Counted from the stretch's first letter, positions 16,875 to 24,000 are shown. The stretch is DNA of 24,000 nucleotides from Streptomyces sp. SID3343 (GCF_009865215.1 NZ_WWJX01000689.1:6565-30564); one strand, 5' to 3'. Numbers and translations are program-made. The notes: generated by a model not told the origin, from the letters alone.

Positions 16875-17711
16875 TTGACCGGCGAGGAGACCTCAACAGG
16901 ATCAAAGGTTCCCAAATGGGAAGGAATCGCCGAGATTCTGCGAGTGTGGATCTTGGATGATCAGTACAAGCCAGGCCAGGCCCTGGAGAGCGAAGCAGCC
17001 ATCGCGAAGGAGTTCAGCGTCTCGCGGCCCACGGTGCGCCAGGCGATTCAGAAGCTCATTGGTGAGGGGCTGCTGACCGTTGCACATGGGCGAGGAACCT
17101 TCGTCCGCCCTGTACCGGACAGAACGACTCTCGCGATTGGCTCACCGAGCCCGGAAGACCTCATCTCCCCCGGCTTCGACATCGAGGCGTCCGAGTGGGA
17201 GCGCGTGCCCCCGCCGGTCGGGTGGAACCTGCCGGCCGAGGACCTGGATCCCATTCAGGGTCTGGTGCACAGGCCGGGGCGAGAGGAAGCGAAGCTTCTG
17301 CGCATCACCATGCGCGATCTGATCGTTACGCGATTCACTCACATGCGGCTCCGGCGGAGTCAGGACATGATCGTCGTCACGTCGAACATCCCTCTGACCG
17401 TGCTGCACGACGAGGAGAGCGGGCCATTTTCGCCCGAGGAAGTCATCGATCGGGGAGGGATCTACGCCGAACTTGCGAGGAAGCACGGGCCCGTCCGCTT
17501 CACGACGAGCGTTGTTGCCCGGATGCCCGGAGCCGACGACGACGAGGTATTCGGACTTGTTCCCGGAACACCGATGCTCTCCATCCGGCGGTTCATGCTG
17601 GATAGTCACGGCCAAATCTTGGAACTTGTCGAAGTTGACGCTCCGGCCGACCGATTCGACGCGCAACCCGAGACCGCGTCCGACCTTGGCAAGGCCGTTC
17701 TTCGCCTGTAG
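16875..17711 (+). CDS. GntR-family transcriptional regulator (KorSA-like, HutC/UTRA-type)
   Basis: 278 aa. TTG start 6 nt after GGAGG. Winged HTH ESEAAIAKEFSVSRPTVRQAIQKLIGEGLLTVAHGRGTFV with a long effector-like C-terminal domain. Confidence 0.85.
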   Translation: MTGEETSTGSKVPKWEGIAEILRVWILDDQYKPGQALESEAAIAKEFSVSRPTVRQAIQKLIGEGLLTVAHGRGTFVRPVPDRTTLAIGSPSPEDLISPGFDIEASEWERVPPPVGWNLPAEDLDPIQGLVHRPGREEAKLLRITMRDLIVTRFTHMRLRRSQDMIVVTSNIPLTVLHDEESGPFSPEEVIDRGGIYAELARKHGPVRFTTSVVARMPGADDDEVFGLVPGTPMLSIRRFMLDSHGQILELVEVDAPADRFDAQPETASDLGKAVLRL

Positions 17712-17735
17712 TCAAGCTAGAATCTCGACAGCAGG

Positions 17736-17770
17736 AAGCCCCGGTCCACGGGTATTACGGACCGGGGCTT
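17736..17770 (+). terminator. hairpin terminator after the GntR gene (possibly bidirectional)
   Basis: AAGCCCCGGTCC (17736-17747) pairs with GGACCGGGGCTT (17759-17770), followed by TGTCGTG. It sits between convergent genes. Confidence 0.55.
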
Positions 17771-17810
17771 TGTCGTGCCGCATCTTGTAGGCAAACCGAC
17801 GTGAGTTGCG

Positions 17811-18032
17811 CTAAACGCTCAGCGCCGCCGTAAGGACTCGCCACGAGGCCGCCGGGACGGACAGGTGACCGAGGGCGGGAACCTTGCTGTCACGCACCGG
17901 AACGAGGGCCGGGAGGCCGCCGGCCGCCTCCACGCAATTGCCCCCTTCTTGGTTGCTGTAGCTGGACTTGCGCCAGGCGTAGCCGTTGCTTACGGCCTTG
18001 ATCGTCACGGCTGTTGCCTCCCCATACGTCAC
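17811..18032 (-). CDS. DUF397 domain-containing protein
   Basis: 73 aa with the family signature WRKSSYSNQEGGNCVEAA...VPVRDSKVPALGHLSVPAASW. Confidence 0.8.
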   Translation of the reverse strand: MTYGEATAVTIKAVSNGYAWRKSSYSNQEGGNCVEAAGGLPALVPVRDSKVPALGHLSVPAASWRVLTAALSV

Positions 18033-18825
18033 GAATCATGTCGAGTGACACCCGCGACGGAAGCGCAGATGCTCGCAGGTGATCGTAGGTCATGGCGTAC
18101 GCCTTGACCTCTTCCGGATCTTCCATGAGCCGCCCATCGTGCGCACCTTCTGTGTAAGCGACTTCGCGCCCGTCCGGCATCGTCAGGAGAGTCAGCGAAC
18201 CCCCCATCGATGGGTGTTCCCCCTCTGCGAACAACAGCACCTGCACTGTGACGTTTTCGCACGCCAGTATCCGTGTCATCTGTTCCCGCATGACCGCGCG
18301 GCCCCCTACAGGGCGCCGGATCACTGCTTCGTCCAGCACGACCGTGTATGCAGGCGCATTCGGGCTCGCGAACAGCTCTTGTCGGTCGATTCGCAGATGT
18401 ACTCGTTCTTCTAGCTGTGCCTCACTGCGCAGACTGTGTCCAGTTCGCAGCGTCGCTCGCGCGTAGTCCGGTGTTTGCAGAAGTCCGGGCACGGCATGTG
18501 CCGCGTACTCCCGAATGCCAATGGCAATAGCGCTGTACCGAATAAAGAGCTGCAACCAATCGGGATACCTCACCCGATCGAGGTGCACCCATAAGTAGTT
18601 CAGCAGGTCATCAGCGCCCAGCAGCGCATCTAATTGTGCAGCCATTTGCCGTGTGACCGGACTCCCCGACGCGCGCTCAATCTGCGTGATGCGCGATGGA
18701 TCAGTGTGGACCATCTGGGCCAACTGGGCTTGCGTGAGCCCTCGTGCTTCACGAAGTCGGCGCACCCGGTTGCCGAACAGTTTTGCGACCGACTCAGTGG
18801 GATCGATTGGCGGGACCAAGATCAT
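17890..18825 (-). CDS. XRE-family helix-turn-helix regulator with DUF5753-like C-terminal domain
   Basis: HTH LFGNRVRRLREARGLTQAQLAQMVHTDPSRITQIERA, then LLQTPDYARATL ... VQVLLFAEGEHPSMGGSLTLL, typical of DUF397 partners. The last roughly 45 codons (Arg/Gly/Gln-rich) overlap the DUF397 gene by 143 nt. The start is ATG 18825 or TTG 18819. Confidence 0.8.
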   Translation of the reverse strand: MILVPPIDPTESVAKLFGNRVRRLREARGLTQAQLAQMVHTDPSRITQIERASGSPVTRQMAAQLDALLGADDLLNYLWVHLDRVRYPDWLQLFIRYSAIAIGIREYAAHAVPGLLQTPDYARATLRTGHSLRSEAQLEERVHLRIDRQELFASPNAPAYTVVLDEAVIRRPVGGRAVMREQMTRILACENVTVQVLLFAEGEHPSMGGSLTLLTMPDGREVAYTEGAHDGRLMEDPEEVKAYAMTYDHLRASALPSRVSLDMIRDVWGGNSRDDQGRKQRLRLAQVQLQQPRRGQLRGGGRRPPGPRSGA

Positions 18826-18938
18826 CCTTCCTGATTTCTGTGGAAGTAAGGAACGACCGCCTTTCGACCGTACGCCGCGCGACCGATGCTGTCAGGGAGT
18901 GGCCGAATCAGCACCTACGGCAACCGGAAGGTAGCGCC

Positions 18939-19199
18939 ATGCCTAAGCACCTGTTCCCCCTCGTCCAGCAGTGGACTGGAGACGAGGTTGACGAACTCAT
19001 ACGGCGCGTCGACACGGTCCTTGTCCGGGACGAACGCAGTGGGTTGGAAGGTCAGTTGCTCGCTCGCGACGGGCAGCGCGTGACCTTGGCAAAGGGTGTG
19101 AGCACCTTCCGGTTCCGTTTGGACGACCTTCGGGTGCTCGTCTACGTCGACGAGGCGCCGCAGGAAGGGGACGCGGATGTCGACGTTCCGCGAGGGTGA
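18939..19199 (+). CDS. hypothetical protein (86 aa)
   Basis: Internal ATG of track ORF 18744..19199, preceded by GGAAGG at 18926-18931 (MPKHLFPLVQQW...). First gene of a plus-strand operon divergent from the XRE gene. Confidence 0.5.
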   Translation: MPKHLFPLVQQWTGDEVDELIRRVDTVLVRDERSGLEGQLLARDGQRVTLAKGVSTFRFRLDDLRVLVYVDEAPQEGDADVDVPRG

Positions 19200-19380
19200 C
19201 TACGTGGAGCCGATCGACCCGGCCGCGCAACAGGTCCGGCGTCCGGGTCAAATCCTCATGGCTCAGCCGCTTCCCAATACCGGCCAACGGCTCACGGTGC
19301 AGCCGTTCGACGGAGGCGTCATGTGGACCATGCCGGCCGACAGAGTTCAGCCCGCAGAGCGGCCGGCTCCGACTCAGTGA
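19177..19380 (+). CDS. hypothetical protein (67 aa)
   Basis: ATG start overlapping the previous gene by 23 nt. The composition is plausible (MSTFREGDYVEPIDPAAQQV...). No motif recognised. Confidence 0.4.
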   Translation: MSTFREGDYVEPIDPAAQQVRRPGQILMAQPLPNTGQRLTVQPFDGGVMWTMPADRVQPAERPAPTQ

Positions 19381-19392
19381 GAGGCAAGCGCA

Positions 19393-19725
19393 GTGTGGCG
19401 AGAGTTCGTGCCGACCATCACCTACGGGGACGGCACCATACGCGATGGTGACCCGGTCGTGTGGTTAGACGAGCGGGGTATCCCGCAGGAAGCCGACGAG
19501 GAGCACCCTCACGGGGTCCTGATCGGCCGCACAGCGGACGAGCCACCGCGAGCCATCGTCCGGCCTCACACGGCGCACGACAGCTCGGGAGCGATCAAGG
19601 AGTGGCGCGCGCCCTTCGACCGAATCGAGCTTGACGCGTTCCGCAAGAAGGCCGCCGCCATCATCCGTCGCGCGCGCACGCACTACTGCCCGGATGGCGT
19701 GATCGTGCACACCTACCGGGAGTAG
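19393..19725 (+). CDS. hypothetical protein (110 aa)
   Basis: GTG start 12 nt after the previous stop. Balanced amino-acid composition unlike the Arg/Pro-rich shadow ORFs. No motif recognised. Confidence 0.5.
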   Translation: MWREFVPTITYGDGTIRDGDPVVWLDERGIPQEADEEHPHGVLIGRTADEPPRAIVRPHTAHDSSGAIKEWRAPFDRIELDAFRKKAAAIIRRARTHYCPDGVIVHTYRE

Positions 19726-19912
19726 CCGACCTCAGCGACCCCCAACGTCACACCTACGAACTTCCGTACGGCCGTTGGTCGTTGAACCGATCGGCGGTAC
19801 GGCACTGATCGGCCCCGATGCGTGATGAGGAAGGCGCGCATCGGGGCTGCACAACAGGCGCCACTGATCGGCGCCGCACGTGTGGAAAGTCCGCAACCGG
19901 TGACAGGAGGCA

Positions 19913-20098
19913 GTGATGAGGTGTCCGGACTGTGGAGGGAAGGCAGAACTCAAGAACGGGACATGGACGTGCAGCAGTGGGTGCGGCTGGATTCTCACTG
20001 AGAACATCTCGCCCGCAAGCGTGACCTTGCTTGTCGCGTTCGCGTGCTTGTCCTTGTGCGTCCCGAGTGTGCGCCGACAAGGCGCCGGGGCACACTAG
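19913..20098 (+). CDS. small zinc-ribbon protein with hydrophobic C-terminal segment (61 aa)
   Basis: Strong RBS AGGAGG 5 nt upstream of the ATG. CPDCGG...CSSGC ribbon followed by VTLLVAFACLSLCV. Confidence 0.55.
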   Translation: MMRCPDCGGKAELKNGTWTCSSGCGWILTENISPASVTLLVAFACLSLCVPSVRRQGAGAH

Positions 20099-20103
20099 GG
20101 AAC

Positions 20104-20352
20104 ATGAGTGGTGAACCCGAGGTGGTTCGGTCGCCCCGTGTGACCCGTGTGGGTCATTCAGTGCCCGAGCCCTACTACACGTCGCACCGGTGCCCCAGGT
20201 GCGGATCACAGGTGGACGGGCTCCACGGGCGTTGGGCATGCGGACGCTGTGGGGAGTGCTCTCCGTACAAGGACCCGCCCGGCGGTTGGCGCGCGGACCC
20301 TGGTTACGACGAGCCCCCGAAGCAGCTACCCAAGCGCATCCGCAAGAAGTAG
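20104..20352 (+). CDS. small zinc-ribbon protein with basic tail (82 aa)
   Basis: Internal ATG 20104 of track ORF 20044..20352 (MSGEPEVV...). CPRCGS...CGRCGEC ribbon with a C-terminal KQLPKRIRKK. Confidence 0.5.
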   Translation: MSGEPEVVRSPRVTRVGHSVPEPYYTSHRCPRCGSQVDGLHGRWACGRCGECSPYKDPPGGWRADPGYDEPPKQLPKRIRKK

Positions 20353-20359
20353 GCACCAC

Positions 20360-20392
20360 CAGCCCCGATCGGAGCCCATCCGGTCGGGGCTG
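20360..20392 (+). terminator. hairpin terminator of the small-protein operon
   Basis: CAGCCCCGATCGG / CCGGTCGGGGCTG (13 bp, one G-U) with a 7-nt loop, followed by TGTGCTGTGCTGC. It starts 8 nt after the stop codon. Confidence 0.5.
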
Positions 20393-20708
20393 TGTGCTGT
20401 GCTGCTCGCGTGCAGAGTTTCTGTACCGGATCAAGGGGCGCCCCAGGGGGCGCCCGGCCGGCCCACGTGCCCGGCACCGGCTCGCCTTAGCCTTCGGCAC
20501 GGCGGGCCGGACCGGGCAAGGAGCCGGCCACGTCACAGACTCGCATGCGGACAGCATCAGGAGACCGGGGCAAAAACCGGGTAGCGGGGTGATCTCAGGT
20601 GGGACGAGACTGCGCGCTGATCTCGGGTGCGCCACCGAGGCCGCCGTCTTTGCTGACCGGCGTTCGGTCGAGTCCCACAGAACAAACAAGGGCCGCGCGT
20701 CGAGCTGG

Positions 20709-22253
20709 TCATGCATGGGGCTGACCCACCGAGAGCCACGGCGCCGCATCGCCAGCTTCCAGCAGCATCCGCCGGACCCGAGCCGCATCGTCCTTGTACT
20801 CCTGACCCACGACGACCCACCGAAGCACCTCCAGATTCTCAGAGGTCCCCGCGGATTGGTTGTGCTCTCTCCGAACGGCCCGCAGCTCCCGGAAGGTGAG
20901 GCCCGACCACCCCGGACGCGCAAGCACCGCAGGACGCGGCCGAGTCCAACGCATCTTGCACGGACGAGCCGGCACCGCAGCCCGCCCCTTGGTCAACCCC
21001 CGACCGTCCTTACGTACGCGTGGCAGCACCACAGGTCGTTCCTTCGTCCAGCGCACCGGCCCCGAGTGCGGACGCGCCGGCACAGAATCACGACCGCGAC
21101 CAGGACGTGACTGTGTCAGCACGTGACCCCGGAAACCCCATCCTTTGTGCGCACGGCCCGTACACGACCGGCCGCCCGAACAGTTTGCCGAGCACTGCAA
21201 GTCCATGGCCGCGCCTTCGGCCAGGCGGTGATGCAGCCGAGCCGGCGCCGTCTTCTCAGTCTTGGGCAGGTCCGCGCCGAGGTCTTTCGCGGCGTACGTC
21301 GTGAGCTTCCCGAGGTAGCCGGCCACGACCCGGGCATGGGACCGACCGCGCCGAGTCGGATCGACGTATCGCACGTCCACTTGAGGCCCCCAGGAGAGCG
21401 ACACGGCCTCACCGGTCGAGTGGTCAACGACGTCGCTCCGTACGGCCGTTGCAGCCGCAGCCAGGGCCGCGCAGAAGGTGTCCACGTCCGCCGGCACGGA
21501 GGGCAGCCGCAGGAGACAGTGAAAGTGGATCGCGCCGCGTGCCTGCCACTCCCGAACCACGAGGTAATCAGGCCGATCCCCGAGGAGTCGCGACCACCGT
21601 TGAAGCGTCGTGTGCCACAGCCGGCCACTGTGCAGGTTGAACAGCGTCTGTCGGTCGTAGTCGTACGTGCGCATGTCCACAGGCACGCCACGCAGCGAAT
21701 CGCCCACCAGATGATGCGCGCCGCACCGGCACCGCCGAGGACTACGACGTTGACCAGGACGTGCTTTGGTGCCAGCTTTGGGCACGTGATGGACCGCGCC
21801 GAAGCTGGGAGCCGTCAGCGTCACGAAGACGAACACGGCCGAGGGGTCGACGTTGAGCGCGCCCGTCCGGATCAGCCGGGACGCGTCGCCCTTGTACAGC
21901 TTGGAGCAAGACGGGCATTCGGAGGCCCGCCGGTTGCCGCAGCGAATCGGCACGGTTCGTGTGGTGCCGTCCGCGAGCAGGCCCATGGCGGTCAAGGGTC
22001 GTTGGCAGGCGAAGTCCTCAACCGCCCGCCCCGCCGCCGCCCGACGCTGCGCAAGCGCGTCGGATTCCTTTTCCCAGTCAGCTTGACCGAAGCCACCAGG
22101 CCGGCCACCCTCGGGAGGTGACGACGCGGTGACAGGGGATGGGTGCAACATTCCTCGGCTCCGTAACGAGCCGCCGCCGCTGTAACGGGGTCGGCTCAGT
22201 CGTACGAAGACGAGGTCAGAACGGGCCGGATACTGGCCGCAGATTGGCCGCAA
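20709..22253 (-). CDS. RepSA-like replication initiator (HUH rolling-circle type)
   Basis: PIRCGNRRASECPSCSKLYKGDASRLIRTG, HUH motif GAIHFHCLLRL, Tyr motif YLGKLTTYAAKDLG, GFRGHVLTQSR. The N-terminal start is uncertain, with in-frame candidates downstream of 22253 such as 22151. Confidence 0.85.
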   Translation of the reverse strand: MRPICGQYPARSDLVFVRLSRPRYSGGGSLRSRGMLHPSPVTASSPPEGGRPGGFGQADWEKESDALAQRRAAAGRAVEDFACQRPLTAMGLLADGTTRTVPIRCGNRRASECPSCSKLYKGDASRLIRTGALNVDPSAVFVFVTLTAPSFGAVHHVPKAGTKARPGQRRSPRRCRCGAHHLVGDSLRGVPVDMRTYDYDRQTLFNLHSGRLWHTTLQRWSRLLGDRPDYLVVREWQARGAIHFHCLLRLPSVPADVDTFCAALAAAATAVRSDVVDHSTGEAVSLSWGPQVDVRYVDPTRRGRSHARVVAGYLGKLTTYAAKDLGADLPKTEKTAPARLHHRLAEGAAMDLQCSANCSGGRSCTGRAHKGWGFRGHVLTQSRPGRGRDSVPARPHSGPVRWTKERPVVLPRVRKDGRGLTKGRAAVPARPCKMRWTRPRPAVLARPGWSGLTFRELRAVRREHNQSAGTSENLEVLRWVVVGQEYKDDAARVRRMLLEAGDAAPWLSVGQPHA

Positions 22254-22427
22254 GACCCCCAGCGACGTCGGGAAACGCCGCGAAGTGACGCGAGATCAGC
22301 GATCACTCAAAGGGGGTCGCGGGGAAGGCTCGAAACGACCGTGACCAGCACCGGAAGGGGTTCCAGTGCTGGTCACGGGTGGGGCTTCTAAGGGGAGTCC
22401 TCACGGGCCCGGCTTGACCGGCCCACG

Positions 22428-22469
22428 GTTTTCAAGACTGCCGCCATCGGCCACTAGGCGAGTCCTCCA
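22428..22469. repeat. att site (rep-proximal), 42-bp direct repeat copy 2; orphan 5' half of tRNA-Ser
   Basis: Identical to 13329-13370. Beyond nt 41 the sequence diverges (ACCGT instead of ACTGC) and there is no T arm, so it is not a functional tRNA. Confidence 0.9.
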
Positions 22470-22698
22470 GTGCCGCAGCCGGTGTCGGTTGCGGGCGGCA
22501 TCAGTCTCTCACGAGCGATGTCGCGGATCACTGGGGATTCGGTACCGACACGTGTTCGTGTGCGACGGCCGCGGTCGGTCGGGCCGGTCGCGGGTGGTGG
22601 CTCCTCCGGGCGAGCCGACGAATTCCGTGACGGACAACCGGTCGGTGTCGGTCGGTCGGTGAGTCGGACCCGCTGGAGGAGCCGTCACATGCCGGCTG

Positions 22699-23979
22699 TC
22701 AGTTGTCGCCGTCGCGCTGGCCCAAGGTGACGTCCGTGGTGGCTTCCTTGCCGTCGCGTTGGTAGGTGACCTTGACCTTGTCGCCGGGGCGGTGGCTCCA
22801 GATCTCGCTGAACAGGTCTTCGTAGGCGCCGATCGAGCGGTCGCCGAGCTTGGTGATCACGTCGCCGGCCTTCAGGCCCGCCTTGGCGGCCGGGCCGTCG
22901 GGGGTGACCGGGGTCTGGCCGTTGGTGGACTGGGCCAGGATCTGCGCGCCGGCTCCCGTGTAGCGCGAGTCGGGCAGGATGCCCATCTGCGCGTAGACCG
23001 GCTTGCCGGTTTTGATCAGAGTGTCCGCGACCCACTTGGCCTGGTTGATCGGGATCGCGAAGCCCAGGCCGATGCTGCCCGACTCCTGCTGCTGGCCGCC
23101 GAACGGCGACTGGCCGCCGCTGTTGGGTACCGAGCGGATCGCCGAGTTGATTCCGATCACCTGGCCGTCTGCGTTCAGCAGCGGGCCGCCGGAATTGCCC
23201 GGGTTGATCGACGCGTCGGTCTGGAGCGCGTTCATGTAGGAGACGGACTGCTCGTCGCCGGAGGCCACCGGGCGGTCCTTGGCGCTGACGATGCCCGTGG
23301 TCACGGTGCTGTCGAGGCCGAACGGAGCGCCGATCGCGACGACCGGGTCGCCGACCGCGACCTTGTCCGTGTCGCCCAGCGTCAGCGGCTGCGCGGTGGC
23401 CGGCATGTTGTCGACCTTGACGACCGCGAGGTCGTAGCCCTGGGCGCGGCCGACAATCTTGCCCGGCAGCGTCTTGCCGTCGGAGAACGTCACCGTCAAC
23501 TCGCCGCCGTCGGCCGCCAGCGAGACCACGTGGTTGTTGGTGAGGATGTGGCCTTCCTTGTCGAACACGAAGCCCGCGCCCGTGCCCGTCTGGCTGCCCT
23601 GGCCGGAGCCGCCCTTCTTGGTCTTGATCGTCACCGTGCTCGGCACGGCCGCCTTCGCGATGCCCGCCACGCTCGTGGGCGAGCGGTTGAGCGAGGCCGG
23701 GTCGACCGGCGGCGAGGCCGAGTTGACCCCGACCGAGGCCGGCTTGTCGTCGCGGTCCACGATCCACGCGCCCACACCGCCGCCGACACCGCCCGCGAGC
23801 AGCGCGGCCACCACGGCCGCGACCACGATCGACGACGGGCGACGCTTCGGCTTGGGCGCGGGAACGTAGCCCGGGTAACCCGGGTAGCCCGGGTACGCAC
23901 CTGTGTGGCCGTACGGCGGCACCGCGCCGGCGCCCCCCGCACCCGGCTGAGCACCCGGCGCGGCGAATGCCGCGGGCAC
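22699..23979 (-). CDS. HtrA/DegP-like trypsin-family serine protease with PDZ domain
   Basis: Pro/Gly/Tyr-rich N-terminus, TM segment IVVAAVVAALLAGGVGGGVGAWIV, catalytic His (TNNHVV) and Ser (GNSGGPL), and a C-terminal PDZ-like segment. GTG at 23979 is the first start, but the frame stays open to 24000, so the gene may begin outside the window. Confidence 0.9.
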   Translation of the reverse strand: MPAAFAAPGAQPGAGGAGAVPPYGHTGAYPGYPGYPGYVPAPKPKRRPSSIVVAAVVAALLAGGVGGGVGAWIVDRDDKPASVGVNSASPPVDPASLNRSPTSVAGIAKAAVPSTVTIKTKKGGSGQGSQTGTGAGFVFDKEGHILTNNHVVSLAADGGELTVTFSDGKTLPGKIVGRAQGYDLAVVKVDNMPATAQPLTLGDTDKVAVGDPVVAIGAPFGLDSTVTTGIVSAKDRPVASGDEQSVSYMNALQTDASINPGNSGGPLLNADGQVIGINSAIRSVPNSGGQSPFGGQQQESGSIGLGFAIPINQAKWVADTLIKTGKPVYAQMGILPDSRYTGAGAQILAQSTNGQTPVTPDGPAAKAGLKAGDVITKLGDRSIGAYEDLFSEIWSHRPGDKVKVTYQRDGKEATTDVTLGQRDGDN

Positions 23980-24000
23980 CTCGGCCGACGGTCCGCCGAC

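Larger units (their letters stand above)
13329..22469. mobile_element. pSAM2-type actinomycete integrative and conjugative element (AICE), about 9.1 kb, integrated at tRNA-Ser
   Basis: Perfect 42-bp direct repeats bracket int, xis, an FtsK/SpoIIIE Tra, a Pra-like/KorSA-like divergent pair and a HUH Rep. GC content is visibly lower over about 16.7-19.4 kb than in the flanks. Confidence 0.85.

Noticed and set aside
17811-18825. Calling the XRE/DUF397 pair a bona fide toxin-antitoxin system
   Set aside because: Neither partner has a recognised toxin fold that I can see. The TA label for this family is an annotation convention, not demonstrated here.
19754-20923. 389-aa minus-strand ORF covering the zinc-ribbon genes and the rep-downstream gap; also 20190..21110 and 21123..22121 on the plus strand
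   Set aside because: Arg/Pro/Ser-rich with no motifs. They overlap RBS-supported small genes or the Rep frame.
22428-22469. A second tRNA-Ser gene
   Set aside because: Only nt 1-41 are present. The anticodon stem cannot close (ACCGT vs ACTGC), and there is no variable arm or T arm. It is an att-site remnant.
22685-23767. 360-aa minus-strand ORF overlapping the HtrA-like gene in another frame
   Set aside because: Arg/Gly/Pro/Asp low complexity. The HtrA frame has the catalytic motifs.

Overview
High-GC (about 70%) actinomycete, Streptomyces-like, chromosomal window. All homology calls come from reading motifs in the supplied translations and the DNA; no searches were run.

**1-8200, mostly minus strand, ordinary metabolism and stress genes:**
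- A translationally coupled acyl-CoA dehydrogenase / MaoC-DUF35 (ChsH2-like) / acyl-CoA dehydrogenase cluster.
- A DUF4291 protein, an SDR reductase, an NTF2-like protein and a short MmgE/PrpD-like protein.
- A TerD-vWA fusion protein.

**8200-13280:**
- A secreted Rpf-LysM resuscitation-promoting factor with a long structured leader, a candidate ydaO-type c-di-AMP riboswitch.
- An AT-richer decaying zone containing a frameshifted TetR remnant.
- A TIM-barrel-like hypothetical gene divergent from an intact TetR gene, with nested palindromic operators between them.
- A C-terminal tyrosine-recombinase remnant.

**13281-22469, the main accessory feature.** This is a tRNA-Ser(UGA) gene followed by a roughly 9.1 kb pSAM2-type actinomycete integrative and conjugative element (AICE).
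- It is bounded by perfect 42-bp direct repeats at 13329-13370 and 22428-22469.
- Backbone genes: int, xis, an FtsK/SpoIIIE-type Tra, a Pra-like gene divergent from a GntR/KorSA-like repressor, and a HUH RepSA-like initiator.
- Cargo: an XRE-DUF5753/DUF397 pair and a five-gene operon of small uncharacterised proteins, two of them zinc ribbons.
- Unusually, the duplicated att block is the 5' half of the tRNA, not the 3' half.
- A second, dead integrase abuts the tRNA from the other side.

**Right edge:** an HtrA-like serine protease that may continue past position 24000.

No rRNA, CRISPR array or transposase was seen.
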